Positions 20,511 through 29,256 of a stretch of 64,000 bases of DNA are shown here, piece by piece. Source of the DNA: Candidatus Iainarchaeum sp. Lineage in GTDB: Archaea; B1Sed10-29; WALL01. Location of the stretch: NCBI GenBank assembly GCA_023129115.1, contig JAGMCR010000015.1, positions 6,983-70,982 on the forward strand, read 5' to 3'. A program made the translations under genes and the position numbers. Each line of letters begins with the position of its first letter. The first letter of the stretch is position 1. Below the pieces are notes generated by a model, which had not been told where the DNA came from, did no database searches, and saw only the letters and a list, made by a program, of their open reading frames with translations.

Positions 20511-20925
20511 AGGCTTCCTCTGCTTCTGATGCGCTTGGCTTGAACGCTTCTGTGTCCTGCTGGACCGGCTCTTCTTTTGCCTCTGGCTCGCCTTCCCCTA
20601 GCCCCGGCTCCTTTTTTTGTAGCTCGAACCGGCCTATCTCGAACAAGTGGCTTTTGTGCCATAGGCTGGCGCTGAAGAGCACAGTCGCGAGCACGATGGC
20701 GCCGAGGGCGTACCCGAGGAGCATGGCGATGTCGGAGTGCATTTGGCTGCCTGCCATGAACAAGACAATGACTACGACGCCCAGAATGGTTGCGGCCCTG
20801 AAGAAGCCGAGTGCTTCGTCGCCGAGCCTCTCGGCTTCTGCGCCGGGTATCACTACCCGCCCGTCGGCCAGCGTAACAACTTCTTTTTGCCCGGCCATGG
20901 TCTTTGTTACCGGAACTATGGGCAT
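20509..20925 (-). CDS. Two-TM membrane protein
   Basis: Two hydrophobic helices, acidic tail. Confidence 0.7.
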   Translation of the reverse strand: MPIVPVTKTMAGQKEVVTLADGRVVIPGAEAERLGDEALGFFRAATILGVVVIVLFMAGSQMHSDIAMLLGYALGAIVLATVLFSASLWHKSHLFEIGRFELQKKEPGLGEGEPEAKEEPVQQDTEAFKPSASEAEEA

Positions 20926-20959
20926 AGCCCTGCCTAATGCGCCCGTGGAATAAAAACCC

Positions 20960-21358
20960 TTACATGCAGACGCAGTCCATGCGCGTAGTCATTTCGTCGC
21001 ACATGAGCGAGCCCAGGCTCTTGCCCTGGGCCTCACAGTAATTTGCGCAGGCGGCGTGGACCTCGCTTTTTTGTTCCATGGTCCCCATTTCATAGTACGA
21101 GCAGTGCTGGGGGATGTCTTCCCACGCGCGTGGCTCCGGCGTTGGCTCTGGGGTTGCTGTTGGCGTTGCGGTTGGCTCTGGCGTTGCGGTTGGGGTTGCC
21201 TCTGGCGTCGGCGTGGGGGTTGGCGTTGGCGTCGCGGCTGGCGTCGCAGCGGGAGTGGATATTATTTCGGCACCGGGCTCGCCCATTTTAGGGGTTTCCT
21301 TCACGCATCCCACGAGCACTACCAGCACAACAACAATGAGCAGCGTGGGCCTTCTCAT
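20960..21358 (-). CDS. Putative lipoprotein with Pro/Thr linker and Cys-rich C-terminal domain
   Basis: VLVGC lipobox-like motif, TPTP repeats, several Cys near the C-terminus. Confidence 0.75.
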   Translation of the reverse strand: MRRPTLLIVVVLVVLVGCVKETPKMGEPGAEIISTPAATPAATPTPTPTPTPEATPTATPEPTATPTATPEPTPEPRAWEDIPQHCSYYEMGTMEQKSEVHAACANYCEAQGKSLGSLMCDEMTTRMDCVCM

Positions 21359-21391
21359 GCTTTTTTCAACTCGCTTGTGGAATAAAAGCCC

Positions 21392-21895
21392 TTATGCGCG
21401 GACTGGCTTTGCCTCGCGCACGTGCTTTTTCACGCCTATTTTTTTGGCGTATTCTTCGCGCTTTTCAAAAAATTTGTTTCTTTCCTGGGACAAGCTGTTT
21501 TTTTGGTGCCACTTGGGCGTGTATTCCACAAGGGCGTCGTAGAATTCGTCGAGCCTCGCGCGCTCTTTTTTGTTGAGCTTGCTGTCTGCCGCTGTCTGGT
21601 GCATGTCGTGGAGTGCGTTTACATGGATTAGTTGCTTGAGGCCGCCGGGGGTCCTGAATGACTCGACAGCCCTCTTGAACAGCGCCGTTTTTTCGCCTCC
21701 GGGCTGGGCTTGGATTGCTTGCTTGTACACGAAGTCGATGTGGTCTTTCAGGACGTTTACGGGCTCGTACAGCTCGTTGCTTATTCCTTTTTGCTCTTGG
21801 TCGTAGTATTCCTCGTAGTCGTTGACGTCTCGCTCGCTGGGGTGTACCCCAAGGAATCCGAGGAGCTTGTGGTGCCTGACTTTCCACGCCGCCAT
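21392..21895 (-). CDS. Hypothetical protein
   Basis: ATG ~24 bp after a promoter-motif copy. Confidence 0.7.
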   Translation of the reverse strand: MAAWKVRHHKLLGFLGVHPSERDVNDYEEYYDQEQKGISNELYEPVNVLKDHIDFVYKQAIQAQPGGEKTALFKRAVESFRTPGGLKQLIHVNALHDMHQTAADSKLNKKERARLDEFYDALVEYTPKWHQKNSLSQERNKFFEKREEYAKKIGVKKHVREAKPVRA

Positions 21896-21935
21896 GCAGT
21901 AATTACTGCTTTTCTGGAATAAAAACCCTTTTATC

Positions 21936-21992
21936 CAGCTGAAACTCAGCTGGCACGTTGTCCGTAGCCGCTTACGCGGCCAGCGGACTAAC
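21936..21992 (+). repeat. Hairpin repeat family copy 2 (GTCCG...CGGAC variant)
   Basis: CAGCTGAAACTCAGCTGGCACGTTGTCCGT..GCGGACTAAC. Confidence 0.85.
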
Positions 21993-22070
21993 CTTCTTTT
22001 ATAGTTACGTCGAGAACCCATGGTGTGGGGGGGCCATGCTTATAAATATGTGTTTTGATAATGTGTTTGT

Positions 22071-22271
22071 ATGAAGTTTAGTGTTGTTCTTGAGAAAGAG
22101 GACAAGGGTTATTCTGTTAGTTGTCCTGCTCTTCCGGGGTGCCACTCACAAGGCGAGACGAAGAAGGGGGCGCTTAAGAACATTAAAGAGGCTATTGAGC
22201 TGTATGTGGAAACCCTTAACACGCGGGTCAGGCCGCACGGAGCCGTGTCCGTTGCCAAAGTAATGGTTTGA
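22071..22271 (+). CDS. hicB: HicB family antitoxin
   Basis: YSVSCPALPGCHSQGET...NIKEAIELY. Confidence 0.9.
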   Translation: MKFSVVLEKEDKGYSVSCPALPGCHSQGETKKGALKNIKEAIELYVETLNTRVRPHGAVSVAKVMV

Positions 22272-22274
22272 GCC

Positions 22275-22493
22275 ATGAAGCTGCCGGTTGTTTCGGGGAG
22301 AGATGCTGTCAAAGCATTTTCTAGGGTTGGGTGGAAGCCGACCCGGCAGAGGGGGAGCCATGTTGTCCTGGAAAAAGCTGGCGAGGAAATAGTCCTGACA
22401 ATCCCTCTTCACAACGAGCTAAAGAAAGGGCTGCTGCACGGCCTAATCAAAGACGCAGGCCTAAGCGTTGCGGCGTTCACACGGCTGCTATGA
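22275..22493 (+). CDS. hicA: HicA family toxin
   Basis: RQRGSHVVL, TIPLH.ELKKGLL..IKDAGL. Confidence 0.9.
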   Translation: MKLPVVSGRDAVKAFSRVGWKPTRQRGSHVVLEKAGEEIVLTIPLHNELKKGLLHGLIKDAGLSVAAFTRLL

Positions 22494-22577
22494 CGCTTGA
22501 GCCACCCACGCGGAATAAGAAACTCTTTTATCCCTCTTTAAATCTTGTAACTCCTACAAAATTACCGAAAGCTTTAT

Positions 22578-22598
22578 ATTTTGTAGCTTCTACAAAAT
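22578..22598. promoter_or_regulatory. Palindromic operator ATTTTGTAG-CTT-CTACAAAAT upstream of the Doc gene
   Basis: Perfect 9-bp inverted repeat just after TTTATA; related copies at 22545-22563 and 25733-25757. Confidence 0.6.
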
Positions 22599-22604
22599 TG
22601 GGTA

Positions 22605-22970
22605 ATGGTCGAGGTGGAAGCGCTTGGCAAAGAAGCCCTTTTGCGGATTAATGAGGCGATTCCGTACAAGTCTGGCGAGGGAGTGGTTTCGGACGCGAAC
22701 CTGGATTTTGTGGTTTACCGGACTGGGGCCACGCGTGGCGTCAACCGGAAGGCGGCTGTGTTGATGAAGTCGCTTGTCGAGAGCCATGCGTTCAGGGACG
22801 GGAACAAGCGGACTGCGTTTGTCGCGGCCAAGGCTTTGCTGGAGGCGAACGGCAAGAGGCTGGACAGGATTCACGAGTACACGAAGATTGAGTTCACTCT
22901 TGCTGTGGCTGGGGGGAAAGTGCCCGTCAACAAAATGGCGATGTGGTTCGCCAACCACTCGAGGAAGTGA
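22605..22970 (+). CDS. doc: Fic/Doc family toxin
   Basis: HAFRDGNKRTA Fic motif of the Doc type. Confidence 0.9.
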   Translation: MVEVEALGKEALLRINEAIPYKSGEGVVSDANLDFVVYRTGATRGVNRKAAVLMKSLVESHAFRDGNKRTAFVAAKALLEANGKRLDRIHEYTKIEFTLAVAGGKVPVNKMAMWFANHSRK

Positions 22971-22976
22971 GTTGCA

Positions 22977-23105
22977 GTGAAGGAGATTAAGGTGACCGGG
23001 AAGAAGCGGCCGGTGAAGGCGGCCGAGTGGAAGGACGTCAGCAAGATAGTGAAGCGCATCATCAAGGAAGAGCGGCGTTTCCTGTCGGCAATGGCGCACC
23101 TCTAG
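22977..23105 (+). CDS. Small protein, possible antitoxin of Doc (42 aa; absent from ORF track)
   Basis: GTG start, MKEIKVTGKKRPVKAAEWKDVSKIVKRIIKEERRFLSAMAHL, directly downstream of doc. Confidence 0.5.
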   Translation: MKEIKVTGKKRPVKAAEWKDVSKIVKRIIKEERRFLSAMAHL

Positions 23106-23139
23106 CCACGCGGGATAAGAAACGCTTTAAATCCGTGGG

Positions 23140-24423
23140 TTACTCGTTGCTGGTGAAGCTGAACCCAAATTTGGCGTTTGTTTTGCGGGATTGCCTGTTG
23201 GTGTACCCCTTGATCTCGCTTTGCAATGTTTTTGCCGTGTTTTCTAGGGATTCCGCGAATTCCCGGCCTTGCGGCGAGTCTCTCTCTTCTATGTGCTTGT
23301 GGGCGTGCTTTTCGACGCTTATGCCTATTTCCATTGCTTTTTGGGCGGCTTTTTCTTCGAAGTGGGGGCTTGAGTTGAGCAGGGAAACAATTTCTTCTGC
23401 TTCTTTGAGCTTGAGCATGCAGTATGCCCCACGGTAGCGGTGAGAGACAATAAACTCCATTATTTCTCTTTCTCTTGGTGTCCCAAGGCTTTTTTGGAGT
23501 TCTTGGTTGAGGTATCCGACTGCTTCGTCGAAGTCTTTTGCCATTGGGGGCGGCCAGTTTTTTTGTTTGGGCTTGTTTTTTGCCAGTTCGTTGTCTACGT
23601 GTCCCATTATTTCGCCGAAGTCGTTGAATTCTTTTGTCGCCAGTGAGTACACGATTTCTCTGGCGTGTCTTTTTGACTTGGATTCTGCAAGTATGCGGAG
23701 CATGACCGCGTCGGCTTTTATGTGGTGGGGGTTTCCGCTTACTTCGTTTTTGTGCTTTGATGGTTTTTTGCCGTGGAGGAATTGGAACCACTGGTCGAAT
23801 ACTTCGTGTACTGTGTGGTTCGCTTTTATTCCCCTGTGGTCACATGCGACTTGGTATACTGCGTGGCCGGTTTCTGATGCTACCGTGCTTTCGTCTTGCT
23901 TGCTTTTGTCCCAGTATGGGATTAAGAGGCCCACCGCTTTTTCTCGTGGGAAGAGGACTTTGGCGTGGGTGGCGCCTTCGATGGCCCGCAGCCCGAGGGT
24001 TATTTGCCCTTGGTCGAGCCCCTCGGTTTTTGCGTATTCGACCCAGATGAACGGGTGGGTGTAAAACCCGTGGAAGCCTTGGCCGTGCCTCCGCCGGGTT
24101 TTCATCAAGTTTCCGGTGACTATCATGACGTAGGGGTTGTTTTTGTTGTGTTTTAGTTCGTGTTTGTGCCCGGGTTTTCCTGTTTTGTTGTACCATTCCA
24201 TGAGGGTTTTGTGGGTTTGCTTTATTTTTTTGAGTTTTTTTGGGTTGGTTTCGCCTTCTTCGGCGTTTTGCATTACCCTGGCCACCTCGCGCTTGAAGGC
24301 TTGGCCTCGGCTGAGTAGCTTGAGCTTCCACTTGGTCTTGATGCCCATTTCCGCGAGTGTTTGGTTGACTTCTTTTTTGATGCGGGTGTGGATTGCTTTT
24401 TTTGCCTCAAGGAGTCTCGCCAT
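23140..24423 (-). CDS. Hypothetical protein with degenerate zincin-like motif
   Basis: SETGH...HEVFD; basic N-terminus. Confidence 0.65.
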   Translation of the reverse strand: MARLLEAKKAIHTRIKKEVNQTLAEMGIKTKWKLKLLSRGQAFKREVARVMQNAEEGETNPKKLKKIKQTHKTLMEWYNKTGKPGHKHELKHNKNNPYVMIVTGNLMKTRRRHGQGFHGFYTHPFIWVEYAKTEGLDQGQITLGLRAIEGATHAKVLFPREKAVGLLIPYWDKSKQDESTVASETGHAVYQVACDHRGIKANHTVHEVFDQWFQFLHGKKPSKHKNEVSGNPHHIKADAVMLRILAESKSKRHAREIVYSLATKEFNDFGEIMGHVDNELAKNKPKQKNWPPPMAKDFDEAVGYLNQELQKSLGTPREREIMEFIVSHRYRGAYCMLKLKEAEEIVSLLNSSPHFEEKAAQKAMEIGISVEKHAHKHIEERDSPQGREFAESLENTAKTLQSEIKGYTNRQSRKTNAKFGFSFTSNE

Positions 24424-24487
24424 TAGCCAATAATTACTCGCCCACGGAATAAAAACCCTTTTATCCTTGTTTCGCCTTAATCCGGTT

Positions 24488-25636
24488 GTGGCAAAAAGAA
24501 AGTCCAAGGGTTCTTGGTTGGGTGGCCTAAGGCGAGAAATGGCTGAGGACGCGGAAAGAAAAGATGCTGTTGAGCGGAGAGAGCTATCAGAGGCTCTTGC
24601 GCGAGAGCGAGCGAAAGAGCGTGAGCAAGAAGACAAAACGCATAATGAGGAAATGGAGAAGCTAAGAGCTGAATTGGACGAGAAACGGGCCGAGAGAGAA
24701 AGAAAGGATACCGAGTTTGAGGAGAAGGTGAAGTCCTTTGGTGAAGTGAGGGGGTCTGATGATGAATTCCGGAAACTTATGCGGCATGACCCATTCGCAA
24801 TGGAAGAGCTTTTTGAGCAAATGAAAAAAGACGAAGGATTAACGGAGTTACACAGAGTAGTCACCGAAATAGAGGAAAATAAAGACGTTGAGCGGGCCGA
24901 GGAGTACTTCAACGCAAAGACCAGAATCCACGAGGAATTGAGGTCCAAAATCGCCAAGAAGATGGAGCCCGTTGATTCAGAAGCCCGGGCAAAAGAATTC
25001 CAAGCGCTATTGGCGAAGAAACTCGAGGGGGACTTGGAGTTCAGAAGCCTGCACGAAGCGATAAAAACAGAGGCCGACAAAACCGGGGCAACGGTCCTTG
25101 AGTATATGCATAAGAAAGTCAGTAGTGAGCGATGGCTACAAAAACAAGCAGAGGTGGGCGGGGAGCGGGAAAGGGACACAAAAGAGCTGGCTTACGCAGT
25201 AAACCAATGGAAACTGCTGTTTGAAGACGAGGGTTTCCAGCGGCCCGAACTGGTTGACTCTTTTGCTGGTTCCATGAAGCGCGTCTATGAGAGATTTACT
25301 TCCCTGTTCGACATAACGGTTTCGAGCCCAAACGACGATGTTGTTGAACGAGTCCTAAGGCTGGCAAATGACGATTATAACCACCAGCTGTATAACGAGG
25401 TTCACAAAGACTTGCCTAAAGAAGTGGAAAAAGCGCACGCTGGACTCAAAGACGAGTTGAAGGAGCAATACCTAATCCGTTCCACGTTAAGGGGCTTAAC
25501 TGACGGACAGCTTAGGGACAAAATAAAAGAGAACCCCCAAATCGTCGGTGCGATGAGAAAAATAGGCAAGCGAGTCCGTGGAAAAGTCAATCAAACTCAC
25601 GTGAAAAAAGAGGGCAAGTGGACACCAAGAAAATGA
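24488..25636 (+). CDS. Hypothetical coiled-coil protein
   Basis: E/K/R-rich helical ORF after a CTTTTATCC promoter copy. Confidence 0.7.
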   Translation: MAKRKSKGSWLGGLRREMAEDAERKDAVERRELSEALARERAKEREQEDKTHNEEMEKLRAELDEKRAERERKDTEFEEKVKSFGEVRGSDDEFRKLMRHDPFAMEELFEQMKKDEGLTELHRVVTEIEENKDVERAEEYFNAKTRIHEELRSKIAKKMEPVDSEARAKEFQALLAKKLEGDLEFRSLHEAIKTEADKTGATVLEYMHKKVSSERWLQKQAEVGGERERDTKELAYAVNQWKLLFEDEGFQRPELVDSFAGSMKRVYERFTSLFDITVSSPNDDVVERVLRLANDDYNHQLYNEVHKDLPKEVEKAHAGLKDELKEQYLIRSTLRGLTDGQLRDKIKENPQIVGAMRKIGKRVRGKVNQTHVKKEGKWTPRK

Positions 25637-25644
25637 GGCTCGCA

Positions 25645-25731
25645 AAGCCTTTTATCCCTCCACCGCATTACCTGTACTCGATGCCAACCTGGTCCCACTC
25701 CCGCATTTCGGCGAGTGAGTCCCTGCCCCCC
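25645..25731 (+). pseudogene. Relic of promoter + first ~16 codons of the RecB-like nuclease gene (42154)
   Basis: ATG at 25681 gives MPTWSHSRISASES, then shifted CP; the anchor reads MPTWSHSRISTYENCP. Confidence 0.85.
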
Positions 25732-25754
25732 GTAATTTTGTAACTCCCACAAAA

Positions 25755-26027
25755 TTACGTTTTGTATGCCTTGTCGTGGTGCTCAAAGTCGTAGAACTTT
25801 ACCAAGTCTTTTGTTTGGTCGTACTTGAACACTAACACGAAGCTTTTTTGTATGTGTACTCTTTTGAAGTCCTGGAGTGGCTTCCGCAGGTTTTTGTAAC
25901 GAGTTATTTTTGGGCTAGAAACAATCTCGGCTATTTTTGCCATTACTGCCGTGTATGTCTTCCCGTCTTTTTTGTGGAGCTTTTTGAGCTTTGTTTCGAG
26001 GCGCTTTTCTATGGCAAAGTCATGCAT
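25755..26027 (-). CDS. RelE/YafQ-like mRNA interferase toxin
   Basis: YKNLRKPLQDFKRVHI.KSFVLVF...FEHHDKAY. Confidence 0.85.
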   Translation of the reverse strand: MHDFAIEKRLETKLKKLHKKDGKTYTAVMAKIAEIVSSPKITRYKNLRKPLQDFKRVHIQKSFVLVFKYDQTKDLVKFYDFEHHDKAYKT

Positions 26028-26265
26028 GCTCTATCTCGTCCATTAGCTTCTTGACGGACGCGTATTCCTTGAACTTCCCGGTTTTTTCGATGCCCCTAAG
26101 CTTTTTCACGAACTCAGGCCTCAACTCTTTTTCCATTATTTCGTGGCCCATTTCGTCAATAATTAGCTGGATTGCCTTGTCCTTGGACGGCAGGCTGTAC
26201 ACGCTTTTCACCACGCCTACGACGCGGTCAAGGTCCTTGCTCAGGGTTACTGTGACTTGAGTCAT
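26020..26265 (-). CDS. Antitoxin (DUF2683-like) of the RelE toxin
   Basis: VVKSVYSL.SKDKAI...ELRPEFVKKL; overlaps the toxin start. Confidence 0.8.
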   Translation of the reverse strand: MTQVTVTLSKDLDRVVGVVKSVYSLPSKDKAIQLIIDEMGHEIMEKELRPEFVKKLRGIEKTGKFKEYASVKKLMDEIEHA

Positions 26266-26275
26266 TCACAACACC

Positions 26276-26302
26276 TACTACATTTTGTAGTAAAATGTAG
26301 TA
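26276..26302. promoter_or_regulatory. Palindromic operator TACTACATTTT-GTAGT-AAAATGTAGTA of the RelE TA operon
   Basis: Perfect 11-bp inverted repeat between the TATA box and the antitoxin start. Confidence 0.65.
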
Positions 26303-26446
26303 TAAATGCTTTTTGGTCCGCCTTTGCTTTCTTCATACCCAACGGCTTAAAAACGGCTTTGCATACGCCTTGCCGAGACCCTCCACGTGCCTTGGAATGG
26401 GTGACCACGGCGTGGTCACCCACGAGAATAAGAGAACCCTTTTATC

Positions 26447-26593
26447 CAGCTTAAACTAAGCCCAGACGAGAATCCCTGCGGGGATTCACGTCATGCCCCG
26501 GCAATCCTTTGGGATTCGCCAGGTGGCACGACAATCCTTTGGGATTCGCCAGGTGGCACGTTGTCCGTGCCTCCGCAGGGCCAGCGGACTAAC
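26447..26593 (+). repeat. Hairpin repeat family copy 3, compound form with internal 29-bp direct repeat
   Basis: CAGCTTAAACTAAGC, GAATCCC/GGGATTC hairpin, 2x CAATCCTTTGGGATTCGCCAGGTGGCACG, then GTCCG..CGGACTAAC. Confidence 0.85.
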
Positions 26594-26597
26594 GCCG

Positions 26598-28097
26598 TCA
26601 CCTCGGAAAGGGGTACCGAGGGTCTTCTTCTTCTCGGGCGTGTTGGCGCCTCACGGCAATTACTCTCAAGAGAAAATCTTTTTCTGACTCGCCGGGCGCA
26701 GGCCTCATGCCTGCGGCTGGGTCATCGATTGACTCGTCCATGTACTGGTTGCCGAGGCTCTCGCGGTAAGTACTTCGCGTGGGGCTTCGTTCATAAAGCT
26801 GGTCGGCTTCCAGGCGAAGCAGCCCCAGCTCACGGTTGCCGCTGGATGGCCCGATGGAAACGCAGCCGTTGAGGATGCTGGTGGTGTTGATTTTTTCTTG
26901 GACTGTTTTTTTGACTTCTTCTTTCTTGATTTTGTCGCCGAGTTTTTTTGCGACCGAGTCGCTTATGTCTTCGACGAGTTTTTTGCGTTCAGCTTCGCGC
27001 TGGGCTCGTTCGTTGTTGCGACGCAGTTCCTCGAGCATGCTTTTGGAAAGTGCTTGTTTCGCTTCCTTGATTTTTGTGGTGGCTCCGGGGTGCTCTGGGA
27101 CGAGTTGGAGGGCTCGGTTGTATAGGTCAATGGCCTTGTTGTAGTCGGGGATTGCAAATGGGTTGCCTTCGCCCATGGAGTTGGCTTTTTTGTGGGTTTC
27201 GTGTGCGTCTTGGAACAACTGTGCCGCCTTTTGTTTGTTGAGGCGCTTTTGTTCGGCGAGGGCTTTTTGCTTGACGGCTTCCATGTTTTTTTGGGCGAGC
27301 GCGATTCCTTTTTTTGCTTCTGTGGAGGTGGTGTGGTACTCGAGGGCTTGGCGGTAGAGTGAGATGGCTTCTTCGTAGTTCTGGAGTTTTTGATTGGCTT
27401 GCCGGATGGGGAATTTTCGGGCGGCTGTTTGGAGGTCGTGGCCTTGCTGGGTGAGGGCTGCCGCGTGTCTCTTTTTTTGGTTGTGGATGTATACTTGCTC
27501 GTTGTGCTTGGCCAAGGCCATGTTTTTTTTGCTTGTTTGCGCGTGGCGTTTGGAGTAGTCGTTGGCTGGATCCACTTCAATGGTTCTGTTGAAGTGCTTG
27601 ATTGCTTCTTGATATTCTTCTTGGGCGTTTTTTGCGCCTTGGATGGTGTACTGGTCGAAGTAGTCATTGGCATTGGTGAAGTGGTAGTAGCCCCGGAGTT
27701 GGTGCAGGCGGCGGGTTTCTTTGCCGGTGAGCCAGTAGTCATGTTCTGCCTTGATTGCGGCGTATAGGCCGCCGTAATTTGCTTTGGCGTGGGCGAGGAC
27801 TGCGTTGATTTTTTGGTTGAAGCGGTTTGCTTCTTGCTGGAGCAAGTCGTTGTCGGGGCATTCCGAAAAGTGCTTTATGTATGACTCAATGCTTTTTTTG
27901 GATTGGTGGAACGCGGCGAGCAATGGGAGGGTGTCGGCTTTGTGGAGCTTGCGGACGCCGTTGGGGCGGACGTCGTTCTCGTGGCGCGTCTTGGCTTGGC
28001 GAGTGTGTCTGGTCAAGCGGCTGTGGAGTTCGCCGTAGCTCTTGTCCACGTTCAAAAAGTAGTACTTCTTGCGCTTGATTTCCCTCAACAAGCCCAT
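26598..28097 (-). CDS. TPR-containing protein
   Basis: YQEAIKHFNRTIEVDP, YEEAISLYRQALEY, YNKAIDLYNRALQLVPEH. Confidence 0.8.
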   Translation of the reverse strand: MGLLREIKRKKYYFLNVDKSYGELHSRLTRHTRQAKTRHENDVRPNGVRKLHKADTLPLLAAFHQSKKSIESYIKHFSECPDNDLLQQEANRFNQKINAVLAHAKANYGGLYAAIKAEHDYWLTGKETRRLHQLRGYYHFTNANDYFDQYTIQGAKNAQEEYQEAIKHFNRTIEVDPANDYSKRHAQTSKKNMALAKHNEQVYIHNQKKRHAAALTQQGHDLQTAARKFPIRQANQKLQNYEEAISLYRQALEYHTTSTEAKKGIALAQKNMEAVKQKALAEQKRLNKQKAAQLFQDAHETHKKANSMGEGNPFAIPDYNKAIDLYNRALQLVPEHPGATTKIKEAKQALSKSMLEELRRNNERAQREAERKKLVEDISDSVAKKLGDKIKKEEVKKTVQEKINTTSILNGCVSIGPSSGNRELGLLRLEADQLYERSPTRSTYRESLGNQYMDESIDDPAAGMRPAPGESEKDFLLRVIAVRRQHAREEEDPRYPFPR

Positions 28098-28155
28098 ACA
28101 CCTAATAATTGTTGCCACGGAATAAAAAAAGATGCCTCGATGACCCCCCACCAGT

Positions 28156-28240
28156 AACGCTTTTATCCCTCTACCGCATTACTTGTACTCGATGCCAACC
28201 TGGTCCCGCTCCCGCGTTTCGGCGCACGAGTCCCTGCCCA
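28156..28240 (+). pseudogene. Relic of promoter + 5' end of the RecB-like nuclease gene
   Basis: ATG at 28192 gives MPTWSRSRVSAHES, then shifted CP; nearly identical to 25650-25730. Confidence 0.85.
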
Positions 28241-28247
28241 AATAAAA

Positions 28248-28568
28248 CTACGCGACTGCCTCAACAGTTTTCTTCCCGGCAGCCTGATTAGCATGTTGAA
28301 CGCTGATGTCCGTGTCCAGCTTCAAAAGAGTCTGTACAACCGGGCTTTCCTTGTTTAGCTGGTACAGCTGTGCCTTTCCCACTTTTCTGGTCGGAACAAG
28401 CAGCTTATCCCCCACCATATCCTCAAAAACGCGCTTTATTGTGACCCTGGCCATTCCTATGCCCTTGGAAACATCTGCCATGGAATAATCAAATAAATCG
28501 TTTTCTATAAAGAAGTCCAGCGCCCTTAGCTCAGGGGTCTCGCCCAGGAATTCCAGCAACAACGACAT
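28248..28568 (-). CDS. Winged-HTH protein
   Basis: LDFFIEN.LFDYS..DVSKGIGMARVTI...TRKVGKAQLYQLN. Confidence 0.8.
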   Translation of the reverse strand: MSLLLEFLGETPELRALDFFIENDLFDYSMADVSKGIGMARVTIKRVFEDMVGDKLLVPTRKVGKAQLYQLNKESPVVQTLLKLDTDISVQHANQAAGKKTVEAVA

Positions 28569-28639
28569 ACACCCCCCTATAACAAAAGAACTATTAATAG
28601 CTAACTGTTGTACGTTGAGCAACTAAACGTTGTATTTAT

Positions 28640-28972
28640 GTGGGCTCTCGGCAGGGCGTATCCCCCTGTGTTTTAAACCCCTCCCACACTTGGTCTTCTG
28701 TGGCGCGTTCTTTTGGTGAACTGGGTGCTTGGCTGCTCCGGAAATTGATGCGCAGCAGGCCTGCTTGTTGGGGCGGTGCTTACCAAAGCAAAGACGATAT
28801 ATTCCGTAACCTAAGGCGTTTTCCACTGGACAAAAAAACCCTGGAAAAACAAGTCATCCCAGGTTTATTGAACCGGGGCTGGCTCATTCCCCACAAGAAA
28901 GGGAACTGCCTGTCGCTGAACGCGCACCACAAAAACGAAATAATCGGTTTCGTCAAGAAGTACTACCCTTGA
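28640..28972 (+). CDS. Small basic hypothetical protein (start uncertain)
   Basis: LRKL....WGG.Y and SLN..K.EI pattern; divergent from the wHTH gene. Confidence 0.5.
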   Translation: MGSRQGVSPCVLNPSHTWSSVARSFGELGAWLLRKLMRSRPACWGGAYQSKDDIFRNLRRFPLDKKTLEKQVIPGLLNRGWLIPHKKGNCLSLNAHHKNEIIGFVKKYYP

Positions 28973-29020
28973 TCGGGCGACCACTTCCCACAGTTTTGTG
29001 GTCACCCAACGGGGGATAAG

Positions 29021-29063
29021 AAACGCTTTTATCCCTCTCCCGCATTTCGTGCGAGTCCTGCCC
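29021..29063 (+). pseudogene. Internally deleted relic of the RecB-like gene promoter/5' end
   Basis: CTTTTATCCCTC joined to TCCCGCATTTCG.GCGAGTCCTGCCC. Confidence 0.65.
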
Positions 29064-29120
29064 TTGTTTTTGATATTTAAACCCCTCCAATAACTTTAAA
29101 AAGGGTGTTTTTGTGAACCT

Positions 29121-29216
29121 GTTCTTAGTGCTCGAGGCGTTTGCGTATCGGCCCTTGGGTTTTACGCGCACGCGCTTGCGACGGCGCTCGCCCCGGGCTT
29201 CTGGCCCGGGCCTTTC
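29121..29216 (+). ncRNA. Candidate DUF3800-associated structured RNA (copy A, K-turn-like)
   Basis: Near-identical to 40195-40290; TTTAAAAA upstream; AGUGCU-CGA-GGCG / CGCU-UGC-GAC-GGCGCU; 3' GC hairpin + U run. Confidence 0.65.
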
Positions 29217-29256
29217 ACTCTATTTTTTTGGTGGTTAGTCGGTCTATTGCCTGGCT
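29215..29256 (-). pseudogene. C-terminal relic of a DUF3800-like gene (SQAIDRLTTKKIE*)
   Basis: Aligns with the end of 40290-40976 (NQRLNRVALREIK*) and has the same position relative to the RNA. Confidence 0.55.

Noticed and set aside
19817-20662. N-terminal extensions of ORFs 18989-20662, 7978-9060 and 23140-25179
   Set aside because: They overlap better-supported genes; internal starts fit promoter spacing and signal peptides.
26501-26560. 29-bp direct repeats as a CRISPR array
   Set aside because: Only two abutting units with no spacer, and no cas operon.
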